Source of the DNA: an uncultured bacterium
GTDB taxonomy: Bacteria > Hydrogenedentota > Hydrogenedentia > Hydrogenedentales > JAEUWI01
Assembly (NCBI GenBank): GCA_963977445.1
Contig: CAXBPH010000042.1
Coordinates: 1-35,122, forward strand
Length of the DNA stretch: 35,122 bases
Direction of reading: 5' to 3'
The notes under the pieces are model-generated. The model saw nothing but the letters and a program-made list of their open reading frames with translations, did not search any database and was not told where the DNA came from. Below are positions 18,635-27,456 of this stretch, piece after piece (the first letter of the stretch is position 1; each line of letters starts with the position of its first letter). A program made the position numbers and the translations under genes.

Positions 18635-19147
18635 CTATTTTTTCTTAGCGGATTTCTTTTTACCGCCAGACTTTTTTGCGACTACTTTCTTCTCTGCAGC
18701 AGCTTTTTTGGCCGGCGCCTTCTTCACAACAGCCTTTTTAACGGCTGCCTTTTTCTTGGCGGCTGGTTTCTTCGCCGCTGCCTTCTTCTTGGCGGCCGGC
18801 TTCTTCGCTGCTACCTTCTTCTTAGCGGCCGGCTTCTTCGCTGCTGCCTTCTTCTTAGCGGCTGGCTTCTTCGCTGCTGCCTTCTTCTTGGCGGCGGGCT
18901 TCTTCGCTGCTGCCTTTTTCTTAGCGGCCGGCTTCTTCGCCGCTGCCTTCTTCTTGGCGGCGGGCTTCTTCGCCGCTGCTTTCTTCTTAGCGGCGGGCTT
19001 CTTTACCGCTGCCTTCTTCTTAGCGGCGGGCTTCTTCGCTGCTGCCTTCTTCTTGGCAGCAGGTTTCTTCGCCGCCGCCTTTTTCTTGGCAGCAGGTTTC
19101 TTGGCTGCCGCCTTCTTCTTGGCGGCGGGTTTCTTTGCAGCGACCAT
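18635..19147 (-). CDS. Histone H1-like Lys/Ala/Pro-rich DNA-binding protein (AlgP/Hc2-like tail, no globular domain)
   Basis: 170 aa, almost entirely K, A and P. Strong SD AAGGAG upstream of the ATG. Differences between repeats are mostly synonymous. Confidence 0.9.
   Translation of the reverse strand: MVAAKKPAAKKKAAAKKPAAKKKAAAKKPAAKKKAAAKKPAAKKKAAVKKPAAKKKAAAKKPAAKKKAAAKKPAAKKKAAAKKPAAKKKAAAKKPAAKKKAAAKKPAAKKKVAAKKPAAKKKAAAKKPAAKKKAAVKKAVVKKAPAKKAAAEKKVVAKKSGGKKKSAKKK
18746..19141 (-). repeat. 12 x 33-bp coding tandem repeat (AAKKPAAKKKA)
   Basis: Twelve 11-aa units counted directly in the translation, with only two A-to-V variants. Confidence 0.95.
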
Positions 19148-19191
19148 GTCATTTCTCCTTTTCTTACTTCACCGTAGTACCACATAAATTA

Positions 19192-19423
19192 TGGCAAGAG
19201 GTTCACGGCTACAGGCCGTAACTTGCCAGCCTTCCGGTTTCCGCGACGCGGAGGGCTTAATTTGGGCGGGCGTGACCCGCAGTAGTGCACTGCTGGTGGG
19301 CTGCCTGCGTCGATCAGCAGACCGGTGCGACAAACCTGTTGGATGAAAAGAAGCGTGACAGCGAACAACTTGAATCACTTTCACACCGGGCTTCGTGTGC
19401 CCTGTCCAACGAGCTCTGCGACC
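19192..19423. ncRNA. Candidate structured leader or ncRNA upstream of the histone-like gene
   Basis: Consecutive helices TGGCAAG/CTTGCCA (inner ACGGC/GCCGT), AGCCTTCCG/CGGAGGGCT, GCGGG/CCCGC and CTGCTGGT/ATCAGCAG, then GTTGGA/TCCAAC enclosing a multibranch domain. No known family recognised. Confidence 0.4.
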
Positions 19424-19441
19424 TATTCACTTTCGTACAAC

Positions 19442-19471
19442 TTTTCCAAATCGTCGAGACCTTTTGGAAAA
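19442..19471. promoter_or_regulatory. Inverted repeat, candidate operator
   Basis: TTTTCCAAA-N12-TTTGGAAAA immediately upstream of the structured leader. Confidence 0.35.
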
Positions 19472-20207
19472 AAAGCTGTTTCGGACTGCGAAAGGAAACA
19501 GGTCATGTGTTTGCGAATTCAACTTTCCTCTTACGACTGTGTAACAGACAACGGGAGAAAAGGCAAGTATTTTTTCACCCCGAAAAAACTTTTTTTGGTC
19601 GAAACGCACCAGACGGACAGTGCGACATGAGGCAATAGGGACGGTAACGGATCGACTTTTCGCGTCAACCCACCCGTCAAGGTTGATAGAAACTTCTTCG
19701 GCCAACACGCCACCGGCCAACCAGAAACTTATCGCCATTCATCGAATTATCCATCGCAAGAAATCTGGAACAACTCGCCGCTTCGGATCGGTAGTTTTGT
19801 TCCCTTAGGAGATGGCCAGCGCTGCAGGTGTCGCCCATTTCCAGAACAACTTGCCACGACATAGATGTCTATTTAGACCAATAGAATCAATGCGTTTGAA
19901 AAAATAGTCGTCTACCCTGACCCGCGTGCCGCCCCCTTATCCATGGGTAGCGTATCACCATGCTACGCTAGCACGCTCTTTGAAAATCGAGGGCAACAAC
20001 CTCATTCAACGGCCCGAATTAACCTGTCGGTTGATGGTCTTCTTCCGCTATAGTCACCTCGTCAAGCACGCTGGAATGCAACTGATTTCGACCGCGATTC
20101 TCACCCGACGGCATACAAAAAACAGGACACGTGACATCGCCCACTTTCCCTTCTAACGGGCACCGAAACCGTTACAAAAAAAATTATAATTTTTTTGGAG
20201 CAATGGC

Positions 20208-20711
20208 ATGAAAATTCGTAGGGCGACCCAATTGGATCGCGACGCTATTCGAGCGATCAGCACCGCAGCCTTCGGGCAACGCTGCGAAGCATTGCTCGTC
20301 GATGCGCTCCGGGATCAGGCGAGTCCGACCGTTGAACGGGTCGCGAGTTTGGGTGCGCAGGTCCTGGGACACATTCTGTTTTCGCCCGTCGCCCTCGCGG
20401 AAGATCCCGCTTCGAATCTGATGGGACTGGCACCCATGTCGGTCTTGCCGACGTGGCAAAAGAACGGCGTGGGCTCCGCGTTGGTACGCGCCGGCATCGC
20501 AGCCTGCACGGCGCGCGAAGTCGCCGGAATCGTCGTGCTCGGTCATCCCCACTTCTATACCCGTTTCGGATTTCGCCCCGCGTCACAGTTTGGCCTTACG
20601 TCCATCTATGACGTCCCCGACGACGTCTTTATGGCAATCGAAATCACAACGGGGTCCCTCCAGTCGCGAACCGGCACCGTACGCTATCATTCGGCCTTCG
20701 ATGAACGCTGA
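20208..20711 (+). CDS. GNAT N-acetyltransferase (YhbS-like)
   Basis: Motifs GHILFSPV, LAPMSVLPTWQKNGVG and VVLGHPHFYTRFGF. SD GGAG. Confidence 0.92.
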   Translation: MKIRRATQLDRDAIRAISTAAFGQRCEALLVDALRDQASPTVERVASLGAQVLGHILFSPVALAEDPASNLMGLAPMSVLPTWQKNGVGSALVRAGIAACTAREVAGIVVLGHPHFYTRFGFRPASQFGLTSIYDVPDDVFMAIEITTGSLQSRTGTVRYHSAFDER

Positions 20712-20739
20712 ATTCGAAAACTTCTCCTCTTCACTTCAT

Positions 20740-22938
20740 TCAAGCCGAGTCTTCCGGCTCTGAGGGTGCATTCAAGAGGCCATAGTGACGCAGTCCCTCA
20801 ATGATACCTTCGGAATAGGCCCCTTTGGCGAAGTAGACCCGGGTACCTTCTCGTTGCAGGGAGCTGAGCTCGGACGAATAGTTACCTACCGCGATGCCGG
20901 CGGTCCGCCCTTTGAGCATGTCTATGTCGTTGCCCGAGTCTCCGGCGGTGGCGATATTTTCGAGGGAGATGTTCCACTTGTTGGAGAGGAATCGAACGGC
21001 CTTACCTTTGGATGCCCGAAGGGGAAGCACGTCGATGTAGACGCCGTGGGAGAAAATGACCGTATGGGGAACGCCGCAACGACCCAGGGCGTCGTAAATC
21101 TGGGGCATGGCTTCTTCCGGAGGCATATCACCGGTGAGATCATAGCTGATTTTGAATTCCCGCTGGGTGGCGAGGTCCTCCTGGACAGTAAGAAAGGATA
21201 GATTTTCCAGGGCATCGCGGACGCGGTCGGGTTTCCATTTGTTTCTGAGGTGGCTCGCCCAGCCTTTGTCGGGCACCAGCTTCTGGCCGTAGTATATTTC
21301 GGCACCAACAGACGCAATGACGACGTCCAGCCCTTCCACGTTGTGCTCTTCGATGACTTCTTCGATTTTGTCGATATAACGACCCGAGGCAACGCCAAAA
21401 CCGATTCGGGGACGTTCGTCTTTGAGGTATTGAAGCAGGCGCACCATGGAATCGTCATCGCCGAGGAGGGTGTTGTCGATATCGGTGATAAGCAGGGCGT
21501 CCAACTCGGCGAGTCGGCGGCCGGGCACATTATTGCCGTATTTTCCGGTAAAGAGACTCTTGGGCGTTTCGCTTACGTGTTGCTTCACCGATTTCAGATA
21601 GCTTTCGCAGTGGGTTTCCCAGGAATAGAATTCCCGGACCTTGTTTACGCCGTTGTCACTGTATTTTTGCCACAGATCGCGGTCAGTAAGGATGCGTTTG
21701 ATCGCGGTCGCGATATCTTCCGGCTTCGTAACGTCGACGAGAATACCGCAGTCGCAGTTTTCGACGATATCCTGGGGCCCACCATTTTCGGTGCCGACAA
21801 AGGGCAGCCCGCAGCCTGCGGATTCGATATAGGTGAGGCCAAAGGGCTCTACAAAGGCGCAGTTTACGAAGACGCCCCGTTTCGAGGCGGCGAGTCGGTA
21901 TAACTCGGGCACATCCACCTCGGACTCGTGCCGTTTGGGCACGGCCATCTTGCCATACAGGTCGTAGCGGTCCATCATGAGCAACATATCCGTCAACACC
22001 TGCTGCTCGGCATCGGGCTTGTCGGCGATGGATTTTCGGATACCGGCAAAGATAGCCAGGTTCGCCAGGGCCTGTAGTTCTTTATCCTGGCCGTAGGCTT
22101 CGATGAGCGCATTGATGTTCTTGCGCTTATCGGGGCGACAGAGGGCCAGAATCATGGGGCGGTCCTGGTTGTAGTGAAAGCGCTCGAACTCCCCTTGCAT
22201 ACGCATCCGTGCTTGCTTCCAGCGCTCCCCCACGCCCTCGGGGGCCACTTCGTATTCATAGTAGGGAAAGAAGCGGTCCAGGGCCGTGCCAGGGGGGATA
22301 ACGGCGAAAGGTGGCGCACTTCCGTTGTAATAGTGTTTGTATTGAACGTCGCGTTCGTGGCGGGTGCTGGTGACCACCATATCGGCACTGGCCAGGGCCT
22401 TTTCTTCGGCGTCTATCCGCTGATCCATATAGAATTCGCGATTCATCTGCTCGTCGGTCCAGCCTTGGGAAACGAGGTAGTTCTTTTTGTCGCGCCCGAG
22501 GGAGTGCCCGGTAAAGACAAAAGGCACGCCGAAGGCCGAGGAGATCTCTCGCGCGATATAGCCCCCGTCGGCATAGTGTCCGTGGACCACGTCGGGACGA
22601 CGCCCTTCTTTGCGGATGAAGGTGATCATGGCATCGGAAAAATCATCGAGGTGGGGCCAGAGGCGTTCTTTGCGCATGTAGCGCCCGCCGCCGCAGGGCA
22701 GACGCACAATCCGACTGTTGGGCCCGATGGACTCAATTTCTTCGCCGTAATCCGCCGAGACCCGTTTGTCACGAATGCGGCGGGTAAAGAGATCGACCTG
22801 GGTGACCCCCTCCATTTTCCCCAGGGTGCGGGCCAAATCGATTACGTAGCGTACTTGCCCGCCGGTGTCGGAATCCCGTCCCATCTCAATATTGTCGCCA
22901 CGAACCAGGCCGTGGATGCTGATCAATTGTATGTACAT
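20740..22938 (-). CDS. sps: Sucrose-phosphate synthase fused to a HAD sucrose-phosphatase domain
   Basis: SPS motifs ISIHGLVRG..EMGRDSDTGGQVRYV, RPDKRKN and EPFGLTYIE. HAD motifs DIDNTL, KGKA and GDSGND are all intact. Confidence 0.92.
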   Translation of the reverse strand: MYIQLISIHGLVRGDNIEMGRDSDTGGQVRYVIDLARTLGKMEGVTQVDLFTRRIRDKRVSADYGEEIESIGPNSRIVRLPCGGGRYMRKERLWPHLDDFSDAMITFIRKEGRRPDVVHGHYADGGYIAREISSAFGVPFVFTGHSLGRDKKNYLVSQGWTDEQMNREFYMDQRIDAEEKALASADMVVTSTRHERDVQYKHYYNGSAPPFAVIPPGTALDRFFPYYEYEVAPEGVGERWKQARMRMQGEFERFHYNQDRPMILALCRPDKRKNINALIEAYGQDKELQALANLAIFAGIRKSIADKPDAEQQVLTDMLLMMDRYDLYGKMAVPKRHESEVDVPELYRLAASKRGVFVNCAFVEPFGLTYIESAGCGLPFVGTENGGPQDIVENCDCGILVDVTKPEDIATAIKRILTDRDLWQKYSDNGVNKVREFYSWETHCESYLKSVKQHVSETPKSLFTGKYGNNVPGRRLAELDALLITDIDNTLLGDDDSMVRLLQYLKDERPRIGFGVASGRYIDKIEEVIEEHNVEGLDVVIASVGAEIYYGQKLVPDKGWASHLRNKWKPDRVRDALENLSFLTVQEDLATQREFKISYDLTGDMPPEEAMPQIYDALGRCGVPHTVIFSHGVYIDVLPLRASKGKAVRFLSNKWNISLENIATAGDSGNDIDMLKGRTAGIAVGNYSSELSSLQREGTRVYFAKGAYSEGIIEGLRHYGLLNAPSEPEDSA

Positions 22939-22950
22939 GAAAGGTTCCTC

Positions 22951-25410
22951 TTATTTCGACAGAGCTTCGTGGGCCCGCGGTCTGAATACCGTGTTGTACA
23001 ACGTGTGAATATATTGGTCAAGTGCCCTGCGATTCATAACATCCAAATGGTCCCAGAAGGAGTAGGTGTTGGCCAGGCGCAACACTTTTGCCGCGTGGGA
23101 ACTCCACATGAAGGCCGTCCGAACGCGTTCGATGCCTTCACGGCTGTAGTTGTCCCACCGCGCGCTGTCGGTAAGCACCCCGTGCAGGGCGGCCGCCATT
23201 CGTTCGTGGTCATTAGGATTTACCACTTCACCGCATTCCTTATCGATAACAATCTCTGCCGGCCCACCGAAACAGGTCACCACCACAGGCAAACTGCAAG
23301 CCATGGCTTCGATAACGGTGAGGCCGAAAGTTTCCATGAACGCGGGCTGGGCGAAGACACCCCGCCGGTCCGCCACGAGACGATAGATTTCACCGGTCTC
23401 TACTTTGTTGAGTCGGGCAGCACACCACCGCACGGAACCGGCCAACTGGTATTGTTCCAGCAGGGCATAGATAGATTTCAACTGGTCGATCTCTTCCTGG
23501 TCGCTTGAGTCTTCCAGTCGGGTGATGGATGACATGATAACCAAGTTGGAAACTTCCCGCAATGATTCCGATTTGCCGTAGGCTTCGATCAGGCCGGGCA
23601 AATTCTTAACCTTGTCAACACGAGACATGGCAAAAATCGGGGACAAGTCCGGATTGTCCAGATGCCCCACGCAATTCTCTGCCGGTGAGGGAGCAAAAAG
23701 AAACGTATTGAGGCGGTGGTGTACGGCATTGTTGCGTCGATCGGCTTCCGCTGCGGGGAAAAAGTGCTCTTCGCTCACCCCGGGGGGCACGATGTTGTAT
23801 CGCGCGAGGGTCAGGTCCATCCCTGAGCTAACCCGATAGAGGCCCGGCATGGAAAAGGTCTCGTAACTTTCAAACATGCCCATTTCTTCGTCGGTGCCAC
23901 CAATCTCGCGATAGGAGCTGGAAATGATGAAGTCGGCCGCATTGTAGGCAATCAAATCGGCGGTAAACTGACAGGAGAAGTGATATTCCTCCTCCATATG
24001 GGCCCAGTAGAGATCGCTGAGCAGGTACTTGGTCTTTTCGAGGGCGTGGACGGCGGCGCAATGGGTGGTCTGCAGCTCTTCTGCCAGACGATGGGCCACC
24101 AGATTGCCGTCGCTGTAATGACCAATAATTAAATCGGGCACGGCCATGAACTCGGCAACGACGGCCTCCCGGGCCTGAAGGGCAAAGTCTTCCAGATAGG
24201 GCCAGATATGAAAGCGTGAAATCCAGGACGTGTGAATGGTCTCATCTTCGTTGCGAAAGGGCACCCGTATAATCCAGCAGTTGTCGCTGCCAATAACCTT
24301 CTCCCGAGGCTGATCACAGGTCGTGCCATCGGCTTCCGGAATCAACCGGGTTAGGATGGATATTTGGGGATGGATATCCAGGCCACTTTCAAAAAAACGA
24401 TGTTGCAACTCACGTTCGATGGCCCGGGCCTGGTCGAGCACGTAGGTCACCTGCCCACCCGTATCGGGCTTGCCCAATACATCGTGCTGAGCAAACCAGC
24501 CGTGAGGCGACACCATGACCACCGTCCGCGTTAAGGGCAGGGCACCAAGGAGCCGCTCCAGGCGATCCGGATCGGCCGACTCAAGGACCTGGCCGAGGGT
24601 AGAGAGGTTTTCCTGGATGGCGCTGACGGTTCGGCCCCAGCCGGGCTCAAAACCGTGGACGCGCAGCAGGTGGGTTACCCGTTCGTCCACCACGTCACTG
24701 CCCAGTTCACGGAGTTCGAGCTGCACGTCTTCCAGACTCTTCACGAGGACGTCGTAGGAAGAAATATAGGCGTTCATGAAGAGATTTAGTCTATCGAGCT
24801 GAAAATTACGGAGAAATTCGGTGAGTACATCCCGGAAACGCTCCGGCTGTTGATACATGGTGCCCGCCAGATGGCGGTTGAGCACGGATATGCCCGCGCC
24901 CATGGCGCTGGCTTCCTGGGTCTTGGGATAGTTGAGAAAAAAAGGTCGGAAATCAATCGTCAAACCAGTTTTTGCCGCTTCTGCATTTCCCTGAATGAAA
25001 GCGTCCTTTACACGCAAATATTCCGCCCGACTTACGTCTTCAAAGCGATTCAATTCCGGGTGCGTGCGCACGATACGCTTCTGGCCGATGCGGGGGCGCA
25101 GCAACAAATAGTCGTAGACATCCCCGAAAAATATTTCCTGGCAGCCCCGCAATTGTTTTCGCAATCCCCGTCGCGCGGCCTCATCCAGGGGCGGCTCGCT
25201 CTGCTCAAAGACGCTAAGCGCTTCGTGGACCCGATCGCGCAGGACGATGGTCTCCCCCTGGCTCCGTAGTTCGGTTAGGAATCGCAGCACAACGATAAAG
25301 GATGGGTCCGCCTCTGGGAATGTCGTATCACCTGCATTGCCCGTCTCGGGCTGGGTGGATGGGGCGGGCGTCGTGGTCTTAATTTCAGGCATATCCTTAG
25401 ACTTTGGCAT
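22951..25410 (-). CDS. sus: Sucrose synthase
   Basis: Motifs SPHGWFAQHDVLGKPDTGGQVTYVLDQARA, WISRFHIWPYLE, HALEKTKY, YHFSCQFTAD, MSRVDKVKN and ETFGLTVIEAM. Start placed at ATG 25410 (AAGGAG 7 nt upstream), giving 819 aa. Confidence 0.95.
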   Translation of the reverse strand: MPKSKDMPEIKTTTPAPSTQPETGNAGDTTFPEADPSFIVVLRFLTELRSQGETIVLRDRVHEALSVFEQSEPPLDEAARRGLRKQLRGCQEIFFGDVYDYLLLRPRIGQKRIVRTHPELNRFEDVSRAEYLRVKDAFIQGNAEAAKTGLTIDFRPFFLNYPKTQEASAMGAGISVLNRHLAGTMYQQPERFRDVLTEFLRNFQLDRLNLFMNAYISSYDVLVKSLEDVQLELRELGSDVVDERVTHLLRVHGFEPGWGRTVSAIQENLSTLGQVLESADPDRLERLLGALPLTRTVVMVSPHGWFAQHDVLGKPDTGGQVTYVLDQARAIERELQHRFFESGLDIHPQISILTRLIPEADGTTCDQPREKVIGSDNCWIIRVPFRNEDETIHTSWISRFHIWPYLEDFALQAREAVVAEFMAVPDLIIGHYSDGNLVAHRLAEELQTTHCAAVHALEKTKYLLSDLYWAHMEEEYHFSCQFTADLIAYNAADFIISSSYREIGGTDEEMGMFESYETFSMPGLYRVSSGMDLTLARYNIVPPGVSEEHFFPAAEADRRNNAVHHRLNTFLFAPSPAENCVGHLDNPDLSPIFAMSRVDKVKNLPGLIEAYGKSESLREVSNLVIMSSITRLEDSSDQEEIDQLKSIYALLEQYQLAGSVRWCAARLNKVETGEIYRLVADRRGVFAQPAFMETFGLTVIEAMACSLPVVVTCFGGPAEIVIDKECGEVVNPNDHERMAAALHGVLTDSARWDNYSREGIERVRTAFMWSSHAAKVLRLANTYSFWDHLDVMNRRALDQYIHTLYNTVFRPRAHEALSK

Positions 25411-25539
25411 GGTGATCTCCTTTGGTATATCCAACGGATTCTCATTTTTTATTCGGAAAACAGGGGTGCAAGGCACAGGCAATACGTGGAGAACTGCAGG
25501 CACAGACTCCCCCACCACCCAACGACACCCGCACGTCGA

Positions 25540-26535
25540 TCAGGGGCAAGTCTTCTCGGCAGCGTAGTGAAGGCCCCATTGTGAACGAACCCGGTCGAGG
25601 GTTTTGATAATTCGCTGACTCATCGCCCAGGGAACGGTTTCGCAGGCACGGCGCCCCTCACGAACGCAGGTCGTTACCGCCTGGGCCTCCAGGTGATAAC
25701 CATAACCGACCCGTTCAAAGTGATGCTCTTCACTCTGACCATCGCACTCGACCGTATAGGTGTCGGGCTGAGAAAACAGACGGGGAATGTGAATCGCGCC
25801 CTTGTCCCCGGCGATGTGCGCCACTTGCGACGCATCCTGGGCGAGGGAGGCACTTAGAACAGCACGGCGGCCGCGACCATAATCGAGAATCAACACCTCG
25901 GACTGATCCACCCCCGTGCTCGCCGGCGTCCATGCTGCGTGGACGGAGCGGGGCTCTTCGTTATAAACCATATCGGCGAGGGCGACAGTATAGATACCGA
26001 TATCCAGGAGGGCACCACCACCAAGTTCGGGGTTAAAGAGGCGACCTGCAGGATCCGTCGCGGCCTGGTAGGAAAAATTGGCGGTGACGAGATTGGGTTC
26101 CCCGATGACCCCATTGGCAATGTCTTTCCGTAGCGCGATAATGGCAGGAAAGAAGGCGGTCCAGAGGGCTTCCATCAGGAAGCTGTCTGAGGCCTCCGCA
26201 GCGGCGATCATTTCATCGACCTGCCGGGCATTCATGGCCAGGGGCTTTTCGCAGAGTACGGCTTTTTTCTGTTTGAGGCAGAGAAGGGTGTCCCCACAGT
26301 GGCGGGGATGGGGCGTGGCAATGTATACCACGTCGATATCGGGGGCCGCTGCGAGGGAGGCATAATCCCCATAGGCCACGGGAATGCTATGGGTCTGGGC
26401 AAAGGCTTCCGCGCGCTCAAGGGTGCGGGATGCCACCGCGCGCAACTCGGCATGGGGAACAATACGAAGGTCTTCGGCCATTTGGCGGGCAATATCGCCG
26501 GTACCCAGAATTCCCCATGTTACGATGCGACTCAT
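25540..26535 (-). CDS. Gfo/Idh/MocA family NAD(P)-dependent oxidoreductase
   Basis: Motifs WGILGTGDIA, DVVYIATPHPRH, VLCEKP and GGGALLDIGIY. Likely start at ATG 26535. Confidence 0.92.
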   Translation of the reverse strand: MSRIVTWGILGTGDIARQMAEDLRIVPHAELRAVASRTLERAEAFAQTHSIPVAYGDYASLAAAPDIDVVYIATPHPRHCGDTLLCLKQKKAVLCEKPLAMNARQVDEMIAAAEASDSFLMEALWTAFFPAIIALRKDIANGVIGEPNLVTANFSYQAATDPAGRLFNPELGGGALLDIGIYTVALADMVYNEEPRSVHAAWTPASTGVDQSEVLILDYGRGRRAVLSASLAQDASQVAHIAGDKGAIHIPRLFSQPDTYTVECDGQSEEHHFERVGYGYHLEAQAVTTCVREGRRACETVPWAMSQRIIKTLDRVRSQWGLHYAAEKTCP

Positions 26536-26711
26536 AGCGAGTTGGCCGTCAACGTCAACAGGACGGAGGCCCGGATGGTATTCCCTTCCAGTAGGTGAGC
26601 ACAACATACGCCGCCCGAACGAATCGCGCAGCAATCGTTTCAACAGAAACGATTATAGCCGATTAATTACTTTATTTTCAAGAGCCGGAGTCGGGCAACG
26701 AGGTAGAAACA

Positions 26712-26861
26712 CCCTGAAACGGGGCAAATTACGCTGCCCCTGTGTCACTACACGCCAGCAGAGAGGCGATACGCCAACGAACTATTGGCCCCACCCAAGG
26801 TGCCGCACGAACCTGCGGGCCTCGGGATCGCGCGGCAGCACCGTGCTGCGGCGTTTCAGGG
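26712..26861. ncRNA. 150-nt multi-hairpin element bounded by a 10-bp inverted repeat (candidate sRNA or MITE)
   Basis: CCCTGAAACG (26712-21) and CGTTTCAGGG (26852-61) enclose seven short hairpins. The structure is seen directly; its function is unknown. Confidence 0.45.
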
Positions 26862-26933
26862 GAAAAAGGAGAATGAAGGAAAGGCCCAAAGAACGATTCC
26901 AGCATTGTTCATGACTTCCCGAAACGGTTCACT

Positions 26934-27197
26934 TCAAAGACATGCCTTGGCGCTGTGCTCCAAAGGCTCTAAGGCGCTCTGGCCACGATCACCGGCCGTG
27001 AACCGAAGCCGCTCTCTCAACTCTTTAACCGTACCATCGAAAATTAATCTCTGATTCGTCCGGTCAAATACACGTACGATACCCATATTGTTCCCTACCA
27101 GGGCCATCACCTGCGCCAAGCCCTTGCACTCCCCATGTAAAGAAGGTGGCTTGATTTCGACGCCGTATCGTATTTTGTTCTGTTCACTTCCGTTCAA
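26934..27197 (-). CDS. Small hypothetical protein (about 87 aa)
   Basis: ORF in otherwise empty space, with GAGGGA upstream of TTG 27197 and globular-looking composition (VRVFDRTNQRLIFDG). No family recognised. Confidence 0.5.
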   Translation of the reverse strand: MNGSEQNKIRYGVEIKPPSLHGECKGLAQVMALVGNNMGIVRVFDRTNQRLIFDGTVKELRERLRFTAGDRGQSALEPLEHSAKACL

Positions 27198-27456
27198 TGC
27201 AATATTCCCTCTCGTTATGGACCCGCCCGACAAGCCCCACTCAATGTCGATACGCTAGCAGCGCCGGGTAACACACGGACAGTGCCAAGGCAATGTCTCG
27301 GTAAAGTTCGTGGATCCGGAAGCCTCTCCGCCGTGCGTCAATTCGGCCACGCCGAGAACAGAGCGAGCCGTTGCTTCACCACGCACTCTGCTCCCCATAT
27401 AATTCAACCCGCCATCGCCCAAATTGTATATACTGTCTCTAATTCAAATATATATT

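Noticed and set aside
18467..19187. Hydrophobic antisense ORFs (236 and 159 aa) and a CRISPR-like 33-bp periodicity
   Set aside because: These are the reverse complement of the Lys/Ala repeat gene. The units are contiguous coding repeats with no unique spacers and no cas genes.
19192..19423. Identification as tmRNA, RNase P, SRP, 6S RNA or a c-di-GMP riboswitch
   Set aside because: None of the diagnostic consensus motifs could be found by eye, so it is kept only as an unassigned candidate.
19480..20200. Several short ORFs in the long AT-richer intergenic region
   Set aside because: No SD or family evidence, and the ORFs overlap on both strands. More likely divergent promoter DNA.
22174..23508. 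444-aa plus-strand ORF spanning the sus/sps junction
   Set aside because: Antisense shadow running across two genes that happen to share a frame. No recognisable motifs.
26712..26861. Retron msr-msd, attC site or tRNA interpretation of the multi-hairpin element
   Set aside because: No reverse transcriptase or integron integrase in the window, no attC R-box pattern, and no cloverleaf with a proper T-arm or CCA.
26873..26914. 13-codon ORF MKERPKERFQHCS after AAGGAG
   Set aside because: The SD lies only 1 nt from the ATG, too close for normal initiation, and there is no other support.
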